The notes under the pieces: model-generated | Seen by the model: the letters and a program-made list of their open reading frames with translations, nothing else | Databases searched by the model: none | What the model was told of the DNA's origin: nothing | Made by a program: the position numbers and the translations under genes | Assembly: GCA_964493715.1 (NCBI GenBank) | Contig: CAZBPC010000001.1 | Coordinates: 44,383-108,382 of the forward strand | Direction of reading: 5' to 3' | DNA length: 64,000 nucleotides | Origin: an uncultured archaeon | GTDB taxonomy: Archaea > Asgardarchaeota > Lokiarchaeia > Sigyniarchaeales > SOKP01 | Shown here: piece by piece, positions 20,227 to 30,289 of the stretch | How the letters are laid out: each line of letters starts with the position of its first letter | Numbering within the stretch: the first letter of the stretch is position 1

Positions 20227-20238
20227 TCCTAATTAGGA
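20227..20238. promoter_or_regulatory. 12-bp palindrome, possible operator in a divergent promoter region
   Basis: TCCTAATTAGGA between the divergent crotonase and GTPase genes. Confidence 0.3.
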
Positions 20239-20398
20239 TTAATTGATTATTTAATAAAAAAGGCAATTTGCTTAAGTAATGATGCAAGGAAGGTGTTTGC
20301 TAAGATTAGTAAATAAAAAAACACCATTATTTATATTTTTATAATATATTTATATTAAGAAAGGGTTAATTTTTTGTTTAGATTAATATCACTTAACT

Positions 20399-21436
20399 AT
20401 GGAAACAAAACTAATAAAAGGAATTTTATACACTGAATTGGATGATGAAGTGGGACCAAATCCATTTGTATGGTTGGGAGATATACCCACATCAAAAAGA
20501 CTTCATATTGGTGTTAAAACTATTACAGTCCTATCAGGAGAAAGCGGTCTTATTCCAAAATCTTTAGTTATTCTTCCATTTCCTTCATTGAATTTGAAGG
20601 GATTAATAAAATATGTAGATTGGAACGATGAGTCAAGGAGAGGAGGAATTGGACAAGGTGCCATTACTTTATTGTTTGATGAATCTGATGATGTTATTTA
20701 TTACAAATATTTGAACTTTCTTGATATTCCATTTGAAGAAGTGGCTGGAGAAATCGCAGAATTGCAAAAAGCAAAAGCTCCGAGAGCGAATTACATAGAT
20801 ATTTTAAATAAACTCACTATCACTATTAACCAATCCTTAGACGAATTTAGAAATAACGAAATTGCAGAAGAAAGCGCTAAGGCATTTCCAGATCAAAAAA
20901 TAAAAGAAGCTAATTTAATCAATTATAAATTTAAAATTGTAATTTGTGGGGATCCATCTGTTGGGAAAACATCATTAATATTAAGATTTACTAACAACGC
21001 ATTTCGAAGGCATTATATCCCTACTCTTGGTGTTCATGTTTCGGATAAAATTTTTAAAATTAAAGACTCCTATATTCAATTGGTGCTTTGGGATATCGCT
21101 GGACAACAAAAATTTGCAAATATGCGACAACAATTTTATTTGGGCTCCGATGGTTTATTCCTAATATTTGATCTATCAAAGCCAAGCTCGTTAGATAGCG
21201 TTACTAATTGGTATTATGACATTCAAAGCCAACTAACAGATAGACCTGCTTTAGCAGGTTATATTATTGGAAATAAAAAAGATATTGGTCAATTGATCGA
21301 GAGCACTTCTGAAAAGGGGGCTGATCTTGCGAGGTACCTTAATTTAGGTTACATTGAAACCAGTGCTAAAACTGGTGAAAATGTTGAATTAGCCTTTTAT
21401 ACTATAGCGGTGATGCTTTATGATATATTGAAATAA
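20399..21436 (+). CDS. Rab-like small GTPase with N-terminal longin/uDENN-like domain
   Basis: G1 GDPSVGKT, G2 YIPTLG, G3 WDIAGQ, G4 GNKKD, G5 ETSAK; ~170-aa N-terminal domain starting ILYTELDDEVGPNP. Confidence 0.9.
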   Translation: METKLIKGILYTELDDEVGPNPFVWLGDIPTSKRLHIGVKTITVLSGESGLIPKSLVILPFPSLNLKGLIKYVDWNDESRRGGIGQGAITLLFDESDDVIYYKYLNFLDIPFEEVAGEIAELQKAKAPRANYIDILNKLTITINQSLDEFRNNEIAEESAKAFPDQKIKEANLINYKFKIVICGDPSVGKTSLILRFTNNAFRRHYIPTLGVHVSDKIFKIKDSYIQLVLWDIAGQQKFANMRQQFYLGSDGLFLIFDLSKPSSLDSVTNWYYDIQSQLTDRPALAGYIIGNKKDIGQLIESTSEKGADLARYLNLGYIETSAKTGENVELAFYTIAVMLYDILK

Positions 21437-21600
21437 TTAATGATCGTGAAGCACAACACCATCAATTAATATGATCCGATTATACTTAAAGGAAACTCTC
21501 TATTTTTAATGATGAGATTATTAGAAAATCCGTATTCAGTAAATAAGGCAGCCCTTTATAGATAAAATGATAAAAAATTTATTTCATTATAAAAATAATT

Positions 21601-22656
21601 CTACAGCCATTTTCTTCTTCTAAAGAAGTATATCATAATGAAAAAGATTGAAAACATCACAATAATCAGAATTGGATATGATAAAACAAATGATAATTCT
21701 GGCATGTAAATGAAATTCATTCCATAAAAACCCGCAAGAAAGGATAAAGGTATGAATGTTGTCGAAATAATTGTTAAAACTTTCATTATTTCATTCATTT
21801 TATTACTTACACTTGATAAATACATGTCAAGCATTCCAAATATGATTTCTCGAAAACTATCTAAAGTTTCAGTAATCCTAAATATATGGTCATAGATATC
21901 CCTGATATATATCTGTAATTCATCGGATATCAACTCTAATTTTTGTCTTTGTAATTTATTCACTAATTCCCTTAAAGGCCATACTAACTTACGGAGTTCA
22001 ATTATCGTTTTTTTTAATTCATATATTTCTTGTAAAGTACTTGGTTCAGGATTGCTAACCAAAGTATCTTCGATATTTTCGATTTTTTCATTTAAAAATT
22101 CCATTATAATAAAATAATTATCTACAATTAAATCTATTAAACAATAAAGGAGGTAGTCCGCACCCATAATGCGAATTCTCCCTTTTGGAATTTGAATTCT
22201 GTCGATTATAGTTTTGAATAGATCAGATTCTTCCTCTGAGAATGATAACACAAAATTAGGTCCTAATACTAAGCTTATTTGCTCTTGGTTAAATTCTGCT
22301 GTTTTTTCTTCCCATAATAATTTCTTTATAATTATGAAGATATACTTATCAAATTCTTCTATTTTTGGTCTTTGTGAGGGATTTAAAATATCTTCAAGAA
22401 CTAAAGGATGTAAATCAAAGGAAAGCCCAATTTTTTCAATGAGTTTAATATTTGCTAATCCAGTTATATTTATCCAATTTACTTTATTTTTCTCTAAGTT
22501 GAATGTCTCAACCTCATTATCCTCTAACTCTGATTCAGAGATTACAAATTCATCTTTATTGTATCTAATAAATACAGTTTGAGATTTGATTTTTTTTCTT
22601 TCTCCGGCATATATTAAAGAGCCAGGGGGCTCCCCAATTTTTTTTCTTTCTTTCAT
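21601..22656 (-). CDS. corA: CorA Mg2+/Co2+ transporter
   Basis: GEPPGSL, LHPLVLEDI, QRPKIE, YGMNF, MPEL; start placed at MKERKK. Confidence 0.95.
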   Translation of the reverse strand: MKERKKIGEPPGSLIYAGERKKIKSQTVFIRYNKDEFVISESELEDNEVETFNLEKNKVNWINITGLANIKLIEKIGLSFDLHPLVLEDILNPSQRPKIEEFDKYIFIIIKKLLWEEKTAEFNQEQISLVLGPNFVLSFSEEESDLFKTIIDRIQIPKGRIRIMGADYLLYCLIDLIVDNYFIIMEFLNEKIENIEDTLVSNPEPSTLQEIYELKKTIIELRKLVWPLRELVNKLQRQKLELISDELQIYIRDIYDHIFRITETLDSFREIIFGMLDMYLSSVSNKMNEIMKVLTIISTTFIPLSFLAGFYGMNFIYMPELSFVLSYPILIIVMFSIFFIMIYFFRRRKWL

Positions 22657-22904
22657 TTTAAATTTCTTTTTTAGAATGCATATAACTTTTTTATCATATA
22701 GTTTCTTTTTTAGATAATGTGGAAACATTTAAAAGCTTAACAATCTTGAAAAGAGTTTGAGATATAGACTAAATTTAAAGGACTGGTTTTATGGAAAATC
22801 TAAGCGAATTAGAAAGAATTAAACTCATTTTATATGAGAAACATGATTCCTTAATAAATGATTGTTCATTAATTCTTTAATTAAATAAGCGGTATCGACT
22901 ATCA

Positions 22905-24350
22905 ATGATAATAACAGTAATCATAATACTAGCATGTTTCATTGGGCTAATAATTCTGATAATAACAGATAAGCTAAACAGAGCGATAGCTTCTTTAGCT
23001 GGAGCAGTAATTAGTTATCTAGCACTTGTATTTTTAGAAGGATACAATTATACTCTCATAGTTGATTTGTTATTTGGTACCCAAGTTGAGGGGTATGTGA
23101 ATCTTCATTCGTTAGTGCTAATCATTTCCATGATGCTCATAGTTGAAATTTCCCATCAGGCAGGTACATTTCAATTTATCGCGGGCTATCTAATTAAATT
23201 ATCAAAAGGAAAACCAATTCTTCTCATGATCATATTATGTTGTGTTACTGTGTTAATTTCTGCCATTTTAAACAATATTCTCACTGTTATCATCATAATT
23301 CCGTTAATTATTACTGTTTCTAGAATGTTAAATATTAATCCAAGCCCATATATTCTAACTCAAGCCATTTTGGTGAACGTGGGTGGAACAATATTTATGA
23401 TTTCATCAATACCAAACATATTAATTACTAATTACGCTAACATTGAATTTGTAGAATTTTTTCTTAATGTTGGATTAGTTTCTTTAGTAATTTTTGTTTT
23501 TACGTTAATACTTTTCATACTTCTTTATAAAGACGAGTTAAAAGTTCCCGAAGAAAGTTCAAATGTCTTGAAGGAGTATAATGTTTGGAATGTAATTCAA
23601 AATAAACGACTATTAGTCCAATCTTTAACAAGTTTGATTGTATTATTTATTTTATTTGTATTTATCCCTTCAAGTATTATCTCGTCTGATATATTAGCAT
23701 TAAGCGTTGCTTTGATATTAATAATTATTAGCAAATTAGACCCAAAAGAAATATTATCGAAAGTTGATTTAGAGTTAATATTTTATCTCATTGGTGTGTT
23801 TATCATAACGGGTGGTCTTGAGATTATGGGAGCAACAAATATAGTAGGAGATATGTTATTATTTTTAGGCGCAGGAATTCCCATTCTTCAGTTGATTATG
23901 GTTTTATGGATATCAGCTTACTTCAGCAGTGCGATAGATAATATCCCTATAACCAAGGTTCTGATCCCAGTAGTTGGCGACATTTCAGGGAGCGTATCAT
24001 CCTCCTTAAGAAAAAGTTTATTCTATAGCTTGGCATTCGGTGCAAATTGGGGAGATAATCTAACACCACTTGGAGATAATATCCTTGTTGTGAATATTGC
24101 ACAACAAAACAAAAGACCGATAAGTATCAAGCAATTTTTTAAATTAGGATTTGTCGTTACTAATTATCAGTTAGCCCTTATTACAGTTTATTATTTATTG
24201 TTATTTAACCTTGGAATCGGTCTTATAACAGTAATATTTATAGCCTTTTTAGTAGCATTCATGTATTTTATGAATTTCATTTCTCAAAAAAGGAAGAAAA
24301 TAAAAATAAATCAATTTTTTATAAAAATAAGAAACGCTATAATCCGGTGA
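22905..24350 (+). CDS. ArsB/NhaD (ion transporter superfamily, P-protein-like) permease
   Basis: ~12 TM; SAILNN, NVGG...SIPN, SSAIDNIP, GANWGDNLTPLG. Confidence 0.85.
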   Translation: MIITVIIILACFIGLIILIITDKLNRAIASLAGAVISYLALVFLEGYNYTLIVDLLFGTQVEGYVNLHSLVLIISMMLIVEISHQAGTFQFIAGYLIKLSKGKPILLMIILCCVTVLISAILNNILTVIIIIPLIITVSRMLNINPSPYILTQAILVNVGGTIFMISSIPNILITNYANIEFVEFFLNVGLVSLVIFVFTLILFILLYKDELKVPEESSNVLKEYNVWNVIQNKRLLVQSLTSLIVLFILFVFIPSSIISSDILALSVALILIIISKLDPKEILSKVDLELIFYLIGVFIITGGLEIMGATNIVGDMLLFLGAGIPILQLIMVLWISAYFSSAIDNIPITKVLIPVVGDISGSVSSSLRKSLFYSLAFGANWGDNLTPLGDNILVVNIAQQNKRPISIKQFFKLGFVVTNYQLALITVYYLLLFNLGIGLITVIFIAFLVAFMYFMNFISQKRKKIKINQFFIKIRNAIIR

Positions 24351-24985
24351 TAAAAATGGTCTTTAAAAATATCCAAAGAATCAAAAGAGCAATGCCAGAA
24401 GTGCTTCATATCGTCATGTATTATAATAATGGTACGGTATATCAAACTACTTTTGAATCGAGCATGAATGTACCTAAAATTGGCGAAAATTTAGCAGAAA
24501 GTATAGCTCACATCAAAATTCTTTATGAATTATGCAATTTCACATATAAAGAATATAATAAATTAATATTTGAAACTGATGAGATTTCAATGATAATATT
24601 AAAACTGGGAGAGGATAGTAACATTGCTCTTTTTTTTAAAAAAGAAGATGATACTGATTTAAAATTGACTGCAATTAAACGCTATTTATCAAGAATCGAA
24701 AGCTTAATTGATATGAACGAAAAAGAAATCTTACTCCAAGAAATTTTAGTTAATGAGGAAGAACTAAAGAATATGAAAATGAATTTACAGTCAAAACAAG
24801 ATCTACTCTCAGAAAATCTTATTTTAATAGATAAAGTTAATAAAGGAGATGAAATAGGCGATCTGGAAACACTTACAAAAACTACTCAATCTCTTCAAGA
24901 TGAAATTAATAAAATCAATGTTGAAATTGAAAATGTGACGGTTAATATTACCAACTCCAGAGGATTAATAGAAGGAGAACGTTAA
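24347..24985 (+). CDS. Roadblock/longin-like domain protein with C-terminal coiled coil
   Basis: N-terminal helix-strand pattern (VLHIVMYYNNGTVY...LIFETDEISMIILKLG..IALFF) followed by heptad repeats; 4-nt overlap with the transporter. Confidence 0.55.
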   Translation: MIKMVFKNIQRIKRAMPEVLHIVMYYNNGTVYQTTFESSMNVPKIGENLAESIAHIKILYELCNFTYKEYNKLIFETDEISMIILKLGEDSNIALFFKKEDDTDLKLTAIKRYLSRIESLIDMNEKEILLQEILVNEEELKNMKMNLQSKQDLLSENLILIDKVNKGDEIGDLETLTKTTQSLQDEINKINVEIENVTVNITNSRGLIEGER

Positions 24986-25024
24986 GTAATTTTATTATTT
25001 ATTTATAATCTAAAGATCAATTTT

Positions 25025-25071
25025 TTCGTGAAACATAAATTTCACGAAGTTCTTCTGAAAAAGTTTTTCAG
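25025..25071. terminator. Two adjacent inverted repeats between convergent genes
   Basis: TTCGTGAAA-cataaa-TTTCACGAA (25025-25048) and CTGAAAAA-g-TTTTTCAG (25055-25071). Confidence 0.4.
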
Positions 25072-25100
25072 GACAATAATATAGCTAAGAAAAAATTAAT

Positions 25101-25631
25101 TTAATATGGTCCTAATGCCATTTTTCTCTTTACTTCTTGGATCATTTCATTTCCGTTATCATTTATTTGAGTAAGAAGGTCTCTTAGAATTTCATTAATT
25201 TCTAAACCTTTTAATTCACAAGATACATATAATAGTGAAATTATTTCACGAGCAAGAGTTTCTATATTTTTTATATCATCAATAGGAATCCTTATACCTA
25301 ATGCTTTTAAATCTTTCTGCGTTTCTTTATCTTGCTGCCTTATGACTAGGAGATAATCATTTTTTCTGCCCTTCCAATTTTCTACTATACTTCGGATAGA
25401 AAAGATATATCTCTTAGAAGGACTACTGATCCCATTTACTTCTCGAGTAAAATTCAAGGGTTGTGATTGCTTTATTGCGTCTAAACCAAAAGATCTGTTA
25501 ATTTTATTGGATTTATCTATTTTATTTTTCATTATTGATATTTCTTCTGTCAACTTTTCGACTTTCAGCGACAATTTTTCAAATTTTTCGAGAAAGAGTT
25601 CTTTATCTATAAGATTATCACAATTACTCAA
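25101..25631 (-). CDS. Coiled-coil + PC4/Sub1-like putative nucleic-acid-binding protein
   Basis: N-terminal heptads; KRYIFSIR..ENWKG...LVIRQ...GIRIPIDDI resembles the PC4 fold. Confidence 0.5.
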   Translation of the reverse strand: MSNCDNLIDKELFLEKFEKLSLKVEKLTEEISIMKNKIDKSNKINRSFGLDAIKQSQPLNFTREVNGISSPSKRYIFSIRSIVENWKGRKNDYLLVIRQQDKETQKDLKALGIRIPIDDIKNIETLAREIISLLYVSCELKGLEINEILRDLLTQINDNGNEMIQEVKRKMALGPY

Positions 25632-25755
25632 TTATATCACTTATAAACGGACATGTACATTTTCATCTGATATCTTGGTTAATAAAACTAATTATTAAAC
25701 CATTAATCCCTCTAAAATCAATAAATTATAAAAAGAAAAAAAGTGGGGAATTTGG

Positions 25756-27081
25756 TTAAATCGAATCCTTATCATCCATTTCATCAGAATGTGATTCTGT
25801 TTCATCTTTTTTATTTAAATCTTCTTTTGCATTCTCTAATATTGTTGGCTTTTCTTCAATGGTTTTTGTGGAATCGAATGGAATGAAATTAAACCCTTCC
25901 TTTGGTAAAGCTTCCTTTTCATATTCGTGATAAGTTTTTTCTTCAGTTTCTGATAAATCTTGAATAGATTGCTTGGAACTTAATTGATCGTCTACTTTTT
26001 CACTTTGTTTTTTTTGATCCCGATAATATTTCGAAAATTGATAAAAACCTACCAACAATAACATCAACAAGAAAAAAGCCAAAACAGCAATATTTTTAAA
26101 TAAATTAACCCAATCTGCATTTAAATCAATATTGGAAATATACGGAAACCACGTTCTTATTACATTGAATTCACTAAAAGGGAAATAATGGGTAAATTCA
26201 TAGGCAACTTTGGAAAAAACTAACCATAAAACAATGGTATCTATTCCTATTCTCTTCCATTTTAATCTCGACATGAGCATCTCTGCTTGAGACCCCATTA
26301 AAGTAGCGATAGAATACAAGATAATTCCAAAATCAGCTAAAAGTAATATAATCTGCGTGAATACGGAAGAAGTTTCCACTCCACCAACACTCCTGAATGC
26401 TAAGAAAATCTTGATAAGCAAGTAAAACGTATAAATTAGTAAAAGTATGAACCATGGTCCTAGCCAAGCAACAAATACTTTCTTTAAAAGAAAAATAATA
26501 GTGAACACCGTAAAAACTCCAATAACGATTAAGACAAACATTACAATGTAATTTGAAAGATACATAACGCTAGCGATTCTCTCACCTAAAAAGGCTCCTA
26601 TTTCCTGGGAGTTGAATATATAACCTACCGCAAGAAAAACCGCTAATGCTAATCCTCCAAAAAATTCTAAAGATCTCAGAGTTTTAGAATGTCTCTTTTC
26701 TATGAGATTTCGATCTAATCTCCTACTTGATAAAAACGCGCCATAAAGTATGAACCATGAAGTAAAGAAGAAATAAGATAAAATAGAAAATGCAAATAAT
26801 ATGAATAAGAAGAAAGCTATTAATAGCATGATTGGGAGCGAAAATATGAATATTAATAATACTTTCCACGTCGCAACTTTTTGTACATCCTTTTTAATAA
26901 ATAATGTATATAAAAACAAGAACATTAAGAAAGTTAGAAAGGGTAGGAACGAGATTAACCCAATGAGACGGGTACTTTCAAATTGTACAAGCCCAACACC
27001 AACAATCAACCAGATAACAAGAACTAGATATCTCCAATTTTCCTTCAAGAATAATTTTTTCAAATTATCTATAGAATCCAT
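25756..27081 (-). CDS. Hypothetical polytopic membrane protein with acidic C-terminal tail
   Basis: About 9-10 hydrophobic segments; ~90-aa charged tail. Confidence 0.75.
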   Translation of the reverse strand: MDSIDNLKKLFLKENWRYLVLVIWLIVGVGLVQFESTRLIGLISFLPFLTFLMFLFLYTLFIKKDVQKVATWKVLLIFIFSLPIMLLIAFFLFILFAFSILSYFFFTSWFILYGAFLSSRRLDRNLIEKRHSKTLRSLEFFGGLALAVFLAVGYIFNSQEIGAFLGERIASVMYLSNYIVMFVLIVIGVFTVFTIIFLLKKVFVAWLGPWFILLLIYTFYLLIKIFLAFRSVGGVETSSVFTQIILLLADFGIILYSIATLMGSQAEMLMSRLKWKRIGIDTIVLWLVFSKVAYEFTHYFPFSEFNVIRTWFPYISNIDLNADWVNLFKNIAVLAFFLLMLLLVGFYQFSKYYRDQKKQSEKVDDQLSSKQSIQDLSETEEKTYHEYEKEALPKEGFNFIPFDSTKTIEEKPTILENAKEDLNKKDETESHSDEMDDKDSI

Positions 27082-27279
27082 ATTTTTTTAAACCAAATTT
27101 GAAATGATTCTTTGTAAATATTGCAATAATAATCGAGTACATGTATTTAAAAATTGTGTTTGGAATTTTGGACTTAAACACTAATAGAGTTCTTGATAAG
27201 GCAATTAGATCAATAACTATTTAAAATCATGCTCGATCTAATATGTAATTAAATTTTTGAAAATACAAAGTGATATGGT

Positions 27280-27954
27280 ATGATATTTCAAATAGAATTT
27301 TTTAATTGGGTAGCAGAATCAGCTGGCGTCATGGTATTTATCAGTGCGTTCATAGCGCTAACATGGCTTGGTTATGAACGAAAACGGCGTGGTTCTTTCA
27401 CCCGAAGAAAAGCTTCCGAAGGAGAAGAAGTAAAGAAATTTAATCTTCCAAGATTTCTAAAAATATTATCATATTTAGGAATTGCCGTTGGAATTCTTGA
27501 TATATGGGCAGGAGCAATGGGTCTAATATTAGATATTCCACCTAGCTTTCGGTTTGCTGCGATCACTGAATATGGGGCAGATCATTTTACCTGCATATTT
27601 TTAATCGTCATAGGTATTGCAATGTTGTTCAAACCTGTTAATGACATGCCATTAGCAAGTATAATTGGTATTTTGGCGGGCAGTGCTGCGGCATTAGCAT
27701 TAGTCCTTTTCGTTCCAGACTCTGCAGTCGAAATAATCGCTTATTGGATTAATCCTAAATTAGGTTTGATAATCGTGTTCATCGTTGTGACTGCTTTAGT
27801 TGCTTTAACAGCCAAATTTTATATAGGTATCCTGCAAGCGATTTCAAAATTTCTCTCTTGGCCCCCAATTGCATTCCTCATAATGGTCTTTTGCTTCGTG
27901 CAAGGGATTTTATTATGGGGTTTTGGAATGAGCATATTTGTAAATTTCTTTTAA
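27280..27954 (+). CDS. Hypothetical membrane protein
   Basis: About 6 TM segments. Confidence 0.75.
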   Translation: MIFQIEFFNWVAESAGVMVFISAFIALTWLGYERKRRGSFTRRKASEGEEVKKFNLPRFLKILSYLGIAVGILDIWAGAMGLILDIPPSFRFAAITEYGADHFTCIFLIVIGIAMLFKPVNDMPLASIIGILAGSAAALALVLFVPDSAVEIIAYWINPKLGLIIVFIVVTALVALTAKFYIGILQAISKFLSWPPIAFLIMVFCFVQGILLWGFGMSIFVNFF

Positions 27955-28048
27955 TTTTCTTTTTTATTTTTATATTATAGTGAAGATCAATTTGCTACTG
28001 GCATTATTCATGAAGAGCTAAAAGATTTCAATATAAAAAAATAAAAAT

Positions 28049-29146
28049 TTAATTTGATCGAATTTCTCTTTTTTTGGCAAGAATTTTTCCAAAAAGTTCA
28101 TCTTCAGTTTCAGGAGGAATTTCAACTTTATCTTTTTTAATTAATTGGATAGCTTGTTCGGGGCAACCAGCAACACAGTTCCCACATCCAATGCACCGTC
28201 TTTTATTGACCTTAGAGATGTCATTTTTCATCTTAATGGCTTCGATTTGACAAATATCTATGCATGTTCCACATCCTACACATATATCTTCATCAATTTG
28301 AGCATAGTAATTGGTTGAAAAAAAGTCAACAGTTTTCGGGAATTCCTTTAGATTAGTCAAAACACCACAGCAACATCCACAGCAACTGCAAATGAAATTG
28401 GGATCTTTGATATTTTCTGCTTGAAAAACCAACCCCTCATCCTGATTCTTTCTTAAATTTTCAAGAGCTTCTTGACGAGAGACCTCTCTACCCCATCCTT
28501 CATTAATATACATTCCAGCCATCTTTCCCATCCCAAAACAGGTTTCCAATCGTGATGTAACTTTACATGTTTCTCCTCCCATTTTGTGGGCTTTCCGACA
28601 AATACATTCTATTTGCACAAAAGGACCTGAAGATTTATTTACGATCTTTTCAAGCTCTTCATAAGATGGTAAACTATGTTCTGATATCACGCTTTTTTCT
28701 ACTGGAACGGTTCTAAATTGAGAAATTTTTGTTCCGAATAGCTCAATTCCAAATTCTTTTCCAGCATATTCGCTCATATCCTCTAAAAATTCTGGAGTGA
28801 GTCTATTGACTTGATACTCATACATTCCAATAACCAAATATGCATTAGCATAATACTGTTCACCTTCCACTACTTTATAATGAATAGCTCCCTTGCTTGC
28901 CATAATATCAAGCTTCTTTTTCAATTCAGACATTTCCATATCTAATTTAGATCTCATATAAATCTTATCTAAAGGTTCAAATTTATCTGTTAATTTTGTA
29001 GCAATCACAGCTTCTTCAGGTTCAAATAAATGTTTCAAAATTCTAAGATCTGCTCCAGTTTTGGATACTGGAAATCCAATAGGATATTTATCGAGATGCT
29101 CACGTAAATTTTCATACGCACTTTCTAAATTTAATTTAGATTGCAT
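28049..29146 (-). CDS. 4Fe-4S dicluster ferredoxin-domain protein
   Basis: HLDKYPIGFP, CICR, CSCCGCCC, two CxxCxxCxxxC motifs. Confidence 0.88.
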   Translation of the reverse strand: MQSKLNLESAYENLREHLDKYPIGFPVSKTGADLRILKHLFEPEEAVIATKLTDKFEPLDKIYMRSKLDMEMSELKKKLDIMASKGAIHYKVVEGEQYYANAYLVIGMYEYQVNRLTPEFLEDMSEYAGKEFGIELFGTKISQFRTVPVEKSVISEHSLPSYEELEKIVNKSSGPFVQIECICRKAHKMGGETCKVTSRLETCFGMGKMAGMYINEGWGREVSRQEALENLRKNQDEGLVFQAENIKDPNFICSCCGCCCGVLTNLKEFPKTVDFFSTNYYAQIDEDICVGCGTCIDICQIEAIKMKNDISKVNKRRCIGCGNCVAGCPEQAIQLIKKDKVEIPPETEDELFGKILAKKREIRSN

Positions 29147-29310
29147 GGTGATTCACTTTATTCAAACTAGATTAAAAAATAAGAAAGAGACGTTTTTAGC
29201 ATTTGTGTAATAAAAATTGAATTTCATTAATTCGATTAATAAGTCGAATAGTCCTGAAACTGACGAAGGAATCGCATTTAGACGTAAAAACGTAAGATTG
29301 AGTGATAACC

Positions 29311-30111
29311 TTAAAAAAAATCAGTAAGTTTTTTCTGCTTTGCAAAATCTTTGAAAGGTAAATTTATTTCTCTTTTTATTTGGTTAACGGTTTCAGGAGC
29401 AAATCCGGAGAAATGGTTATTTACAATTATGAAGATTTCACGGATGTTAGGAGTTTCCTGCAATTTTATAATATTTGAATAAAGGTGACTCAAGGCATTA
29501 TCTTGAGACTTTTGAACCTGATTGAATTTAGTAATTTCTCTATCTCCAATTAGCCTAATGTAGTATATTTCTTGATTAGGAAAATAGTTCGGTTTAATAT
29601 TTTCAAGATAAGATGTTGCTAATATGGTTTTTTCACCATCAATTAGTTTTGTGAGATCTGGTTCCTCAAACCATGAATTACTTCTTAATTCTATAAACGT
29701 GCGGTATTTTTTTGCGAATTTTCGGACGATATAAGATAAATGTTGAAAATGCTTATCCGAATATTTAAACCATGGAGGAAATTGTAATAAAAGCCCTTTT
29801 AGCATTTTTCCAAAGGGTAAAATTTGTTTTTGAAACGCGAAAACATCATCCTCTAAACTTGGATTATCAAATTCATGTGTAATTTTTTGCCATACCTTTA
29901 ATATAAACTGAAAAGGAGAAGGCACTCTGCTAATCCAATTTTCAAGGGTATTGATAGTATGAAGGTTATAAAATGTTGAATTCACTTCAATTACATCAAA
30001 ATAGTTAGAATAATGTGTTAAAAATCTAGATTTATCAAGGTTTTTGGGATAAAAAGGTCCGATCCAATCCTTATAATCCCATCCAGCCGTTCCAATATGT
30101 ATTTCTACCAT
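29311..30111 (-). CDS. DUF72 family protein
   Basis: IGTAGWDY, IEVNSTFY, LLQFPP, ELR, YIRLIG, NNH. Confidence 0.92.
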   Translation of the reverse strand: MVEIHIGTAGWDYKDWIGPFYPKNLDKSRFLTHYSNYFDVIEVNSTFYNLHTINTLENWISRVPSPFQFILKVWQKITHEFDNPSLEDDVFAFQKQILPFGKMLKGLLLQFPPWFKYSDKHFQHLSYIVRKFAKKYRTFIELRSNSWFEEPDLTKLIDGEKTILATSYLENIKPNYFPNQEIYYIRLIGDREITKFNQVQKSQDNALSHLYSNIIKLQETPNIREIFIIVNNHFSGFAPETVNQIKREINLPFKDFAKQKKLTDFF

Positions 30112-30289
30112 TTTAATTCTGATGTTTTGATCTGCTAATCTCTATATATTTGATTTAAATCATTACATATAAAATAATAAATTTGTAATAATTTTTATAT
30201 AGATAAAAGCAATTAATAAATAGAAATTATCAATATATATTAATCACGACAAGAACTATATTTTAACATTGAAAATTAGGTGAATTTTA

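Noticed and set aside
21437-21600. Possible C/D sRNA (ATGATGA near 21509)
   Set aside because: No CTGA D box at a suitable spacing and no recognisable guide
24940-24985. Intermediate-filament end motif (ITNSRGLIEGER vs IATYRKLLEGE)
   Set aside because: Invariant Tyr is missing and the coiled coil is far too short; likely chance
29250-29272. Hammerhead ribozyme (CUGACGA and GAAA cores)
   Set aside because: GAAA directly precedes CUGACGA, leaving no room for stems I and III or a cleavage triplet
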